From positions 1-28,084 of IMG/VR virus record IMGVR_UViG_3300048670_001122: DNA of 28,084 nt, one strand, 5' to 3'. Positions 10,661 to 19,173 of the stretch are shown here, piece after piece (within the stretch, counting starts at the first letter, position 1; each line of letters starts with the position of its first letter). Below the pieces are notes generated by a model. It made no database searches. It was not told where the DNA came from and was given only the letters and a program-made list of their open reading frames with translations. The translations under genes were made by a program, and so were the position numbers. This stretch comes from a virus. Taxonomy: Duplodnaviria > Caudoviricetes.

Positions 10661-11575
10661 TTATGGATTAAAATTAACTGGATTACCAGTAATTAACGTT
10701 TGACCAGTGGATGCGATCGTTGTTTGACCAGCAGCTGTAGACGATACTTGACCCGAAGAATTGATAGTTACATTGCCACCATCTGTCGTAACTTCAAATC
10801 CAGCAGACGAAGATATTACTTTACCTGAAGAATCGATAGTTATGTCGCCGCCAGTTGTCCCTATTTCCATCTCACTTGCTGCTTGAATTCTTGTTAGCTC
10901 TGCAGAAGTAGATATTACTTGGGCCGAAGAAGTAATGGTTACATCACCACCAATGGTCTTTAAAGTGATTGAATCTGCTTCAACTTCAAAATTCTTACAC
11001 TTAAATCGTATATTACCTGTACTAATGATTTCAATATTACCACCAGAATTTACAGACCAATCATCATTTAATACTTCAGCTTTTACACCAGTGATACTTG
11101 TTGCAGAATCTCCACTAACACTTTTATACTCCGATCCTCTAATAGCAACAGTTTCATTTCCACCAACTGATTCATATTTATCACCAATTATAGTTTCTGA
11201 TAAATTACCACCAGCGCCAAGCACAAAATCACCACCTGCAGCCATATATCTGTTGCCTTCAGTTTGTTCGCTAACAGAACCATCAATATTAACATTCATT
11301 ACGCCTTTTACTTTTAAGTCATAATGGCCATCAACTGTAGTGGTAAACCCATCACACATATAGTAATAAGCTTTACCAACAGAATTAATTACAGTTCTTC
11401 CTGCTTTATCAATTTCTACATAAGAACCTTTAGTATGGGCAACTCTCAGACTTTCTTTTTCTGGAGTATCATTAATATGAATCTCATGTCCACTGCGTGT
11501 AATAGTGGATTGATTATATGGATATGTAGCTTCAAAAGTAGATTCTGGGTGTCGTCTGTTATTAGAGTCTGACAT
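10661..11575 (-). CDS. gp5 C-terminal needle (triple beta-helix) encoded as a separate gene
   Basis: PESTFEATYPYN..TRSGHEIHINDTPEKESLRVAHTKGSYVEI resembles the start of T4 gp5C; followed by roughly 8-residue V/I-x-G repeats; own SD (TAAGGA). Confidence 0.85.
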   Translation of the reverse strand: MSDSNNRRHPESTFEATYPYNQSTITRSGHEIHINDTPEKESLRVAHTKGSYVEIDKAGRTVINSVGKAYYYMCDGFTTTVDGHYDLKVKGVMNVNIDGSVSEQTEGNRYMAAGGDFVLGAGGNLSETIIGDKYESVGGNETVAIRGSEYKSVSGDSATSITGVKAEVLNDDWSVNSGGNIEIISTGNIRFKCKNFEVEADSITLKTIGGDVTITSSAQVISTSAELTRIQAASEMEIGTTGGDITIDSSGKVISSSAGFEVTTDGGNVTINSSGQVSSTAAGQTTIASTGQTLITGNPVNFNP

Positions 11576-11584
11576 AATATATCC

Positions 11585-13222
11585 TTAAGTTCTATTTAAA
11601 CCAGTTCGCATACTTTGAGCTTGTCTAGCTAACAAAGCTTGAGCTTGCATAAGATTATTTACAGGTTGAGTAACGCTGCTTCCAGTATATGTGGCTTGTG
11701 CAACATTAGGTTGAAATGCTGAAACAATGGTAGATGCTAAAGTTGGAATAAGAGCAGCCACGACACCAGCCATTTGTGAACCGCCAGCGCTTGCTCCTAG
11801 AACTTTTGATAAACCAAACCCCTGAGTAAAATTAAGACTACCTGATACCGCCTGTGATAATGTATCAAATGATAAAGGTTGTCCACTAAGTAATGTATCA
11901 CCAATAGTTGATGTAAAATGATTTTGTGCTGCAAATGTAGTATGTTCTTGTGCATTTGCGTAATTTGGTTCACCATTTCTTAATGTATAAACTGAAGACT
12001 CGGTACTTGTTGGGTCTTTCCACTCAATATATCCTGGATAAGGATCGCGATCAATGGTGTAATACTGTTGAATATAATTATCAGGCGGCGTTTGTACAAT
12101 ACTAATTGTTAAAGGCCTTGGAGATGTAGCAGTAGCTACCGCTATGGCAGGTACTTTTGGTACTGAATTAATTAAAGAATTTATTGCAGAATTAGTAGCG
12201 CCACTAACTGCAGAACCAGCAGCGGTTACAGCCCCAGTACCCAAATTAATAACATTGTTAATACCTCCAGTTATTGCACCAACAGTGGAATTCAACCCAC
12301 CAATAACAGAGGCCATCGCATAATTTGCCGTATCAAATATACCTTGATTTATAGGATTAACGCCGCAAACTCTAACATTTAATGTATTAATAAGTTTTTG
12401 TACTTCTTGGACTTTAGAAACAGCGCCATTTAACGTTCCTAATAATTTAAATAAACCAACTTTTTGAGCCAGTTTTAAAATTGCATTTTTAATTGCACTG
12501 ACAGCAGTATTGACAATTCCAGAAACAACACCTTGGACTGTATTACCTAGAAAATTAAGTATTGAACTTATTGAAATAAGATTGTTATTTAAACAAGGGA
12601 GCGAAGATAATGCACCAACCGGATCAACCGCATTAATAATATCCAAAACATTGTTATCACTATTTTTATCATATGAAGCAACTGTTGGTAATGTGGGATT
12701 GGCCATCTTTGATTCTACAAGAGTTGTAAGAACACCACCTGTATTACTACTCACCGAAGTTACATTTGCACTACCCGAATCGATATCCGAAATTGAAATT
12801 CTATTTTCATTTAATGTTGTATAAGGATTATTTGGATTACCATTAGATGATTGAGGTATACTACCTAAACTTGTATCAATTGCTGGCGACCCATTTAACA
12901 TTTGACCATTTATTGGATCGCCAGCTTTACCCATACTACCAATTACTAATGGATATTGAAGATCACTACTATCCGCCCAAAAACCTACAACACGGGAACC
13001 AACCACAAGTCCAACAGGTGCTGATCCTATTCTGCCAATAGCTGCGGATGTTGGAGATTGTGTTACTTGAGCCCACGGTAAAGCAGAATCGGGTATATTG
13101 GTCCTATCATCATGATAGCCATACACTCTAATTTTAACTCTTCCGGATTGGTGAGGATCATTTACATCAACAACTTCGCCAATCCAATATATCATATTTT
13201 GACCAAGATTTCTTTGAACCAT
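11585..13222 (-). CDS. gp5: gp5 N-terminal OB-fold protein with long Gly/Ala/Ser/Val-rich extension, no recognisable lysozyme domain
   Basis: WIGEVVDVNDPHQSGRVKIRVYGYH..LPWA..GSAPVGLVVGSRVVGFWAD..PLVIGS is the Gp5_OB signature. Confidence 0.82.
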   Translation of the reverse strand: MVQRNLGQNMIYWIGEVVDVNDPHQSGRVKIRVYGYHDDRTNIPDSALPWAQVTQSPTSAAIGRIGSAPVGLVVGSRVVGFWADSSDLQYPLVIGSMGKAGDPINGQMLNGSPAIDTSLGSIPQSSNGNPNNPYTTLNENRISISDIDSGSANVTSVSSNTGGVLTTLVESKMANPTLPTVASYDKNSDNNVLDIINAVDPVGALSSLPCLNNNLISISSILNFLGNTVQGVVSGIVNTAVSAIKNAILKLAQKVGLFKLLGTLNGAVSKVQEVQKLINTLNVRVCGVNPINQGIFDTANYAMASVIGGLNSTVGAITGGINNVINLGTGAVTAAGSAVSGATNSAINSLINSVPKVPAIAVATATSPRPLTISIVQTPPDNYIQQYYTIDRDPYPGYIEWKDPTSTESSVYTLRNGEPNYANAQEHTTFAAQNHFTSTIGDTLLSGQPLSFDTLSQAVSGSLNFTQGFGLSKVLGASAGGSQMAGVVAALIPTLASTIVSAFQPNVAQATYTGSSVTQPVNNLMQAQALLARQAQSMRTGLNRT

Positions 13223-13225
13223 AAT

Positions 13226-14470
13226 TTAACCCTCTCTATAACGACCTTTTAGACATTCAACAATACAAGTATATCTAGGTTTTTCGGCGACAAGACCTAT
13301 TTTATGATGTATTCTAGAGATAAGAAATTTACCGGATAGCATTGTATCCTCTTTAACATTGCCGGTAGTAGCAGAATTATTTGGAAATGCACAATTAATA
13401 GTAACCCCAGGAGCTAAAATAAAATCGCCGGGCACTCTTATCTTTACTGCATTCTGTAATAATAATGCTATATATGCCTGTAAACCTGGGGTTCCTTCAG
13501 GAATATAAGTCACAGGTCTTTGTGAATTATCAACAGGAATAAATGCTTGTGGTGGTATTCTTGGATTCAAATATCTACTTTTAAATTCACTTGAAACATC
13601 AGTACCACCACTACTATCGCCACCATCTTTAAAAACTGTATCGCTAGCATATTCATCTTTAATATTATATTCCCATGTAGTAAAATTAAATGTTGTTACT
13701 CTTGTAGGCCCACCATAACTTATACGATCAAGAGCCGATAATGCGGTAGGTGCTTGATATGATAAAATATTTCTATCATGATCTGGGCTTAACGCATTAA
13801 TATTTATAGCGCTTGATTGTGTGAAATTTTTAACTGGTTCTGTAGCAAATAAATTTTCAATAGTAACGAATTTAAATATTTGTTCACTGTTTTGTCTGGT
13901 TTCAAAAAATACATAAGATGATGACTGGTTTTCAACTGATATTGATCTTGATTTTACTAAGCTAATAGCTTTATATGGACTCAAATTACTAATAGGTAAC
14001 ATTTGTGGGCTTTTAGTTTGTTCTGTAATTATTTGTTTATCGGAACGAAGATATGTTTTTGTTATATCCTCAACTATTTCAGAATTAAGAACATTTTCAT
14101 AACCTTTTTGTACATATTCATTTTGAGCATACATTGCTTCAATACTAACACATTTTAGTACATATGTTTTTGCTCTTTGGTTTGCTAATTGCTGGCCCTC
14201 ACCACGTTCATACAATGCAAACTTATAATTTGCTCTTTCATCACTTGGGCTTATCATATTAAATTCAATTAATTCATCGCCAAGCAGGCGCAAATTGCCT
14301 ACAATATCTTGCGAATCAAGAACAGTTATATCACAAACTATTCCTGGTGTAAAGATACTTTCATAAATTGATGCTGACAAAAATGATGTCGTGAGTGTTA
14401 GAGAACCACGAGAAGAAGTTAAAATAAGTCTTTCTACTCTTACATCACCAATCGAAATATTATTTCCCAT
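13226..14470 (-). CDS. Baseplate hub protein, gp27/late control D-like
   Basis: IYESIFTPGIVCDITVLDS, YVFFET, KIRVPGDFILAPG, LSGKFLISRIHH; about 410 aa, between gp53 and gp5. Confidence 0.68.
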   Translation of the reverse strand: MGNNISIGDVRVERLILTSSRGSLTLTTSFLSASIYESIFTPGIVCDITVLDSQDIVGNLRLLGDELIEFNMISPSDERANYKFALYERGEGQQLANQRAKTYVLKCVSIEAMYAQNEYVQKGYENVLNSEIVEDITKTYLRSDKQIITEQTKSPQMLPISNLSPYKAISLVKSRSISVENQSSSYVFFETRQNSEQIFKFVTIENLFATEPVKNFTQSSAININALSPDHDRNILSYQAPTALSALDRISYGGPTRVTTFNFTTWEYNIKDEYASDTVFKDGGDSSGGTDVSSEFKSRYLNPRIPPQAFIPVDNSQRPVTYIPEGTPGLQAYIALLLQNAVKIRVPGDFILAPGVTINCAFPNNSATTGNVKEDTMLSGKFLISRIHHKIGLVAEKPRYTCIVECLKGRYREG

Positions 14471-15340
14471 TTATTTTAACAAAGTCCTTAGTTCACTTGC
14501 AATTTGACCTGAATATTGTTTTTTCAAAACTTGAATTGATTTATTTTTTTCGTTGATTTCTGTCTCATAATCATAATAATAAACCGGACTCCAATAAGTT
14601 GATTCATTTGTTGGAATATTATTTGTTATAAGAGTCGCATTGGTATAAAGAATTTTAACTTTACTTTCTCTGCCCATAACATAATGCAATGCACCATTTT
14701 GTGTCACATTACCCAATGTATGTTGGATTATAAGTAAAGAACTACTATTACTGCAAACTTGTCCATTTCCTATGATGGTTGTATTATTATATATATCAAC
14801 TATTTCATCTTTTATAAAACTAGAACCATTTACAGTATATTGCACAATACTATTTGTTGTAAGTTTCCAGTCGATTTGTTTTCGTCTATATCCAAGCGGT
14901 GTGGTGGAAAAAAGAACATCGGCATAAATTGGTTCATAAAATCTCTTAGCAGTTGAGGTTAAATTTTCAAAAGCAGATATAGAAATTGTACCTTCATTTG
15001 CATACCAATTATTTCTATAGTATTTTACTTTTGTTGTAGCATTTTCCAAACTGCCATATTTTTTAATAATAAAATCATTAAAAGTTGCTTGATCAAGATA
15101 CCAATCATAATATGGATCAACAACTTTATTTGTTATATGAAGAACCCAGCCCATATATTCATCTTGATAATAACGATCAGCTATTTCATCAGGATACTCA
15201 CCTTGTTGAATATCATATGGATAGTAAAAAATCGGACTATTATAAACAGAATTTAAAACAATTGCACGTTCGGTAATATTACGAACTGGTATGTCGTTAT
15301 ATCTAATAATTGGGAATTTTTCAAAATATTTTTCAGCCAT
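14471..15340 (-). CDS. gp53: Baseplate wedge subunit gp53 (LysM-like) with internal insertion
   Basis: YFEKFP, YDIQQGEYPDEIADRYY..WVLHITN..DPYYDW, KKYGS, YDYETEINEKNKSIQVLK. Confidence 0.88.
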   Translation of the reverse strand: MAEKYFEKFPIIRYNDIPVRNITERAIVLNSVYNSPIFYYPYDIQQGEYPDEIADRYYQDEYMGWVLHITNKVVDPYYDWYLDQATFNDFIIKKYGSLENATTKVKYYRNNWYANEGTISISAFENLTSTAKRFYEPIYADVLFSTTPLGYRRKQIDWKLTTNSIVQYTVNGSSFIKDEIVDIYNNTTIIGNGQVCSNSSSLLIIQHTLGNVTQNGALHYVMGRESKVKILYTNATLITNNIPTNESTYWSPVYYYDYETEINEKNKSIQVLKKQYSGQIASELRTLLK

Positions 15341-15351
15341 TGATTTAATCC

Positions 15352-16419
15352 TTATCGATTTGGATTTTCCCCGGGTGTTAGTGTTACTCCAGTAGATAAA
15401 GCAAATTGTGCATTCTCAGCAATCGTATCATTAAATGCTTCAGCCGAAAAATCTTTATTAGTAAAATATTCAATTTCTTTTAAATTGACCGTGATCGTAA
15501 CTGCAGTTGGAGCATTTGTACCTCTATAAAATGAAGGTGTAATATCAGGCGAATAATTCACTGTTACATTATCAATTACACATGGTTTAAATCTATATAA
15601 AAATTCAGATGATGGAAACAAACTAACTGTAACCATACTTGGAAATGAGAAAAATAAACCAACACCATCACTCACACCTGGCAACATATGATATTGAAAA
15701 GCTCTAACAATATCACGAATAATACCACTTTCATTACCATCTTTTGGTACCAGCTTCCAAGTGAAGGAATGAGATTTAAAATTTGGTTTTTCAAAAAGAA
15801 TAGTTTGATATGGATTGAGTGTTAATCCACTATAGGCCCTAACAGCGGCGCTACCTTCGTTGCCAAGAGCATTTTGAGCTGCTCCAGCTGCAGCACCTGC
15901 TGTAGCATTTTTTATAACATCTGCTCCATTAGTAATTGATGATAGTAATCCCGTTGATGGACCTTGGTTAGATAGTGCTTCTAGTCCAGCCCCAATAGCT
16001 TGATTGCCTGGACTACCACTAAATGATGTTGGTGTATAAGTTACGGATGTTGTATCTTTTAAAGAATCAGGAATAGGAAGTCTAATTGTGCCTTCAGATC
16101 TTAGAAATGGGGAATTTTCAATTGATCTTTTAACATATGATTGAAATCCAAATGACATATAAAATGGTGTCACACTTGTTAAATCATTAGGGAATTGGCG
16201 TTGATTTTGAAATTGTCCGGCCATACCTCTTCTACTATTGTAAAGATCTGCAGCATCATTTAAAGCAAACGCAGCACCTGCAGCTACAGCACCAACCACA
16301 GCCGTTTGAACATACGGTGATGCTACTACTGCACCACGAACTACTCTAGTTCCACCTCGCGTCACAGCACCTGTGAAAGCGTTTAATACTCTTGATCCTA
16401 CTGCTAAAAAACCAGACAT
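15352..16419 (-). CDS. gp48: Baseplate-tail tube cap gp48
   Basis: IRLPIP..DTTSVTY, LNPYQTILFEKPNFKSHSFTWKLVPK, FKPCVIDNVTVNYSP, LKEIE. Confidence 0.85.
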   Translation of the reverse strand: MSGFLAVGSRVLNAFTGAVTRGGTRVVRGAVVASPYVQTAVVGAVAAGAAFALNDAADLYNSRRGMAGQFQNQRQFPNDLTSVTPFYMSFGFQSYVKRSIENSPFLRSEGTIRLPIPDSLKDTTSVTYTPTSFSGSPGNQAIGAGLEALSNQGPSTGLLSSITNGADVIKNATAGAAAGAAQNALGNEGSAAVRAYSGLTLNPYQTILFEKPNFKSHSFTWKLVPKDGNESGIIRDIVRAFQYHMLPGVSDGVGLFFSFPSMVTVSLFPSSEFLYRFKPCVIDNVTVNYSPDITPSFYRGTNAPTAVTITVNLKEIEYFTNKDFSAEAFNDTIAENAQFALSTGVTLTPGENPNR

Positions 16420-16435
16420 TATTTTTTAATCCTAG

Positions 16436-16443
16436 AATAAATA
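16436..16443 (+). promoter_or_regulatory. T4-type late promoter variant (AATAAATA) for the rightward gp4 operon
   Basis: 7/8 match to TATAAATA in the 55-nt divergent intergenic gap, about 30 nt upstream of the gp4 ATG. Confidence 0.6.
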
Positions 16444-16453
16444 TTATTATTCT

Positions 16454-16461
16454 TATTTATA
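16454..16461 (-). promoter_or_regulatory. T4-type late promoter (TATAAATA) for the leftward baseplate operon
   Basis: Plus-strand tatttata is a perfect gp55-type -10 element on the minus strand, about 35 nt upstream of the gp48 ATG. Confidence 0.75.
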
Positions 16462-16474
16462 CAGACAAAACAAA

Positions 16475-16906
16475 ATGGCAAAATATCTTCAAGGCTTTTT
16501 CAAACCTTTAAACCCACATAAATATAAAGGTAATCCAACTAATATTATGTATAGATCAAGTTGGGAATTACGATTGATGTCTCATTTTGATGCACATCAA
16601 GATATTGTATGGTGGTCATCCGAAGAACATATTGTTCAATATCGTTCACCAATTGATGGTAAAATTCATAGATATTTCCCTGACTTTATAATAAATACAA
16701 AGAATAAAGAAACGATTATGATCGAAGTAAAACCTTTGGCTCAAACTATTGAACCTAAGAGGCAGAAAACTCCAACCAAACGATATATTAATGAAGTATA
16801 TACTTGGGGGGTAAATTCTGCTAAATGGAGTGCAGCAGAAGAATATTGTAAAGATAGAAAATGGAAATTTCAAATCATGACTGAAAAGGATATATACGGA
16901 AAATGA
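16475..16906 (+). CDS. gp4: Head completion nuclease gp4 (TnsA-like PD-(D/E)xK fold)
   Basis: KPLNPHKYKGNPTNIMYRSSWE, WWSSEE, HRYFPDF, IEVKP, VNSAKW. Confidence 0.92.
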   Translation: MAKYLQGFFKPLNPHKYKGNPTNIMYRSSWELRLMSHFDAHQDIVWWSSEEHIVQYRSPIDGKIHRYFPDFIINTKNKETIMIEVKPLAQTIEPKRQKTPTKRYINEVYTWGVNSAKWSAAEEYCKDRKWKFQIMTEKDIYGK

Positions 16907-17502
16907 CCGCTTATATTTTCCAACAATTGTCGGAAAGAGGTAGAGCCGAAGGCATCAATGAAACTACTCGTCGTAGAGATGCTAGAAAGTGGTTTCAAAA
17001 TGCCGCACAAAAAGTAAGCAGAATCAATAAAAATATGATGTTGGGTGATAGTGATAATTTAGTCGACTCAATTGATGTTGAATCAATCGGTAAAATGTAT
17101 ATGTTTTCATATGATCCAAAATTCAAAGAAACACTTCCTTACTATGATATGTTTCCTTTAGTGTTTCCAATCGATCTAAGAAAAGATGGTTTTTTAGGTA
17201 TTAATCTTCATTACTTACCACCTGTTCTTAGAGCAAAGCTAATGAATGCAATATATCAGACAATTAATAATGATGCTTATAATCAAACAACAAAACTTAA
17301 AATATCATATAGCATTCTAAGTAATACATCAAAATATCGATATTTTAAACCGTGCATTAAACAATATCTTGCAACACATGTCCAAAGTAGTTACCTAAAT
17401 ATTGAACCTACAAATTGGGACTCGGCGTTAATGCTACCAACAGAACAATTTAAAAAAGCAACCAAAGAACAAGTCTGGAAAGATTCGAGAGGCATGGTCT
17501 AA
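16903..17502 (+). CDS. gp2: DNA end protector protein gp2
   Basis: GKMYMFSYDPK..LPYYDMFPLV, GINLHYLPP..R, PCIKQYL, LPTEQF. Confidence 0.92.
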   Translation: MTAYIFQQLSERGRAEGINETTRRRDARKWFQNAAQKVSRINKNMMLGDSDNLVDSIDVESIGKMYMFSYDPKFKETLPYYDMFPLVFPIDLRKDGFLGINLHYLPPVLRAKLMNAIYQTINNDAYNQTTKLKISYSILSNTSKYRYFKPCIKQYLATHVQSSYLNIEPTNWDSALMLPTEQFKKATKEQVWKDSRGMV

Positions 17503-18266
17503 TGGCTGGATTTAATATAGCGGAATTCTCATCAAAAATTAATGAACGCGGGACAATACAAAATAACAAATTTTTGGTAACAATAACATTGCCAACTATA
17601 TTTAATAGTGAAATTCAAGAAACTCTTACATTTAGAGCATCTAATATTAAAATTCCTGGTGTTAATTTTAATATGATAAAGTCATATCGTTATGCAGTAG
17701 GTCCAGATCATAAAACACCAAGTAATGTATCTTTTAATGATCTTTCGATATCATTTATTGAAGATAAAGAAAATTCAATATGGAAATTTTTTAGTATTTG
17801 GATTAATCAAATCTTTGATTTTAATCAAACAGGGTCGGGATTAAAGTATACATCAAATTATAAAAGTAATTATGTAGCACCAAATTTTCAAATTGATATA
17901 TACAATAACGATGGTACTCTAGTCAATACTGTAAAATTAGTTCAGGCCTATCCAAGTTCTTTAAGTGATATTGCATTATCGTGGAATGAAAAAAATAATT
18001 TGATGATGATTAATGTTGGATTTTCATTTACAGAATGGTATTTTGAAGGTTTGGATTTTTCTACTCAATCAATAAATACATCAACACCTGGGCTTACAAC
18101 AAATAGAATTGTGCCCACGCCAAATCCGAGTGCACCTGAATATTCCTCTGCTACAAATGCCAGTACTAGAGGCGGGCCTCGAAATCCTGCAGATGCAAGT
18201 GCTGCGAGAGTAGCTCGACAAAATGGTGGCCCATCTGGGCTGGAGCTTCGACCAATACAACAATAA
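17502..18266 (+). CDS. Tail tube initiator gp54-like (gp19 tube fold)
   Basis: NKFLVTI, FRASNIKIPG, FSIWINQI, LVQAYPSSLSDIALSW, VGFSFTEW; lies between gp2 and gp26. Confidence 0.68.
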   Translation: MAGFNIAEFSSKINERGTIQNNKFLVTITLPTIFNSEIQETLTFRASNIKIPGVNFNMIKSYRYAVGPDHKTPSNVSFNDLSISFIEDKENSIWKFFSIWINQIFDFNQTGSGLKYTSNYKSNYVAPNFQIDIYNNDGTLVNTVKLVQAYPSSLSDIALSWNEKNNLMMINVGFSFTEWYFEGLDFSTQSINTSTPGLTTNRIVPTPNPSAPEYSSATNASTRGGPRNPADASAARVARQNGGPSGLELRPIQQ

Positions 18267-18289
18267 ATTTTTAACAATGGAGTTATATT

Positions 18290-19000
18290 ATGCCACTACC
18301 TAAAATTAAACACCCAATTCATGAATTCACTATTCCATCAACAAGAAAAAAAGAACTATTCAGACCTTTTCTTGTTCGTGAGGAAAAACTTCTTCTGATA
18401 GCAAAAGCATCGGGTGATCAAGCCGATATTCTAAGAGCTGTAAAGCAAATTGTGAATAACTGCGCTATTAATAAATCATTTGATATTGATAAGATTGCCA
18501 TCTTTGATGTTGAGTATTTATTTCTCAGACTTAGAGCAGTTTCGATTAATAATATGGTTAAAGTTTCATATATTGATAATGACGATAAAGAAGTATATGA
18601 CTTTGAAATTGATCTTCTAAAAGTAGAAGTTAAGTTTCCGGAAAATATCGAACAAGTCATCAAAATCGATGATAAGATAGCTATTGTAATGAGACATCCA
18701 CCTGCGTCTTTGTTTGATGATAAAGATTTTGCTAATTCTGGTGAAGATGCTTTCTATGAACTTATCCTACGTTGTATTGATAAAATCTATGAAGGCGATG
18801 ATATTTTTGATCCCGCCGACTATAGCAAAGAAGAAATAGAAGAATTCTTAAATGAATTAGGTGTTGAAGTATTTGAAAAAATTCAAACATTCATGTCCAA
18901 AATGCCAAAACTCTATCATCGTATTGAATATAAAAATAAAAATGAAAAAGATAGGGTAATTGAGCTGACTACGCTCACCGATTTTTTTATGTTGGGCTAA
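18290..19000 (+). CDS. gp26: Baseplate hub assembly chaperone gp26
   Basis: MPLPKI..RPFLVREEKLLLIA, FDVEYLFLRLRAVS, MPKL, ends DFFMLG; SD TGGAG at 18278-18282. Confidence 0.9.
   Translation: MPLPKIKHPIHEFTIPSTRKKELFRPFLVREEKLLLIAKASGDQADILRAVKQIVNNCAINKSFDIDKIAIFDVEYLFLRLRAVSINNMVKVSYIDNDDKEVYDFEIDLLKVEVKFPENIEQVIKIDDKIAIVMRHPPASLFDDKDFANSGEDAFYELILRCIDKIYEGDDIFDPADYSKEEIEEFLNELGVEVFEKIQTFMSKMPKLYHRIEYKNKNEKDRVIELTTLTDFFMLG
18982..18988 (+). other. Candidate -1 ribosomal frameshift slippery site T TTT TTT
   Basis: gp26 codons GAT TTT TTT ATG form an X XXY YYZ heptamer; a -1 slip enters the gp51-like frame. Confidence 0.62.
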
Positions 19001-19173
19001 GTCATAATACATTAGAAAATTACTATATCACATTATTTTCATTGATTCAACATCATAAATATTCAATTGCAGATGTTGAAAATCTAATGCCGTTTGAACG
19101 TGATATCTTTGTTGAAATGCTCCTACAATATCTGAAGGAACTTGAAGAACAAAGGAAGCGTAATAATGTCTGA
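18988..19173 (+). CDS. gp51: gp51-like hub assembly catalyst frame, probably expressed as a gp26-gp51 frameshift fusion
   Basis: Not in ORF track. The -1 frame reads YVGLSHNTLENYYITLFSLIQHHKYSIADVENLMPFERDIFVEMLLQYLKELEEQRKRNNV*; QHHKYS..ENLMPFERDI is the gp51 signature; no start codon upstream of the conserved region. Confidence 0.8.
   Translation, partial: YVGLSHNTLENYYITLFSLIQHHKYSIADVENLMPFERDIFVEMLLQYLKELEEQRKRNNV

Noticed and set aside
11573-11590. Stop read-through or genetic-code reassignment joining gp5N and gp5C
   Set aside because: The stop is TAA, the dominant stop here; the same TAAGGA stop/SD overlap occurs at other junctions; long genes are uninterrupted under the standard code.
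13801-13808. Perfect TATAAATA on the minus strand inside the hub gene (and near-matches at 10005-10012 and 19054-19061)
   Set aside because: Intragenic hits are expected by chance in AT-rich DNA; cannot be supported without transcript data.
389-15276. Short antisense or alternative-frame ORFs over the baseplate genes
   Set aside because: Fully nested in well-supported genes, with no recognisable motifs.
19142-19165. TTG start given for the holin ORF
   Set aside because: ATG at 19166 has a proper SD and a typical overlap with the upstream stop.
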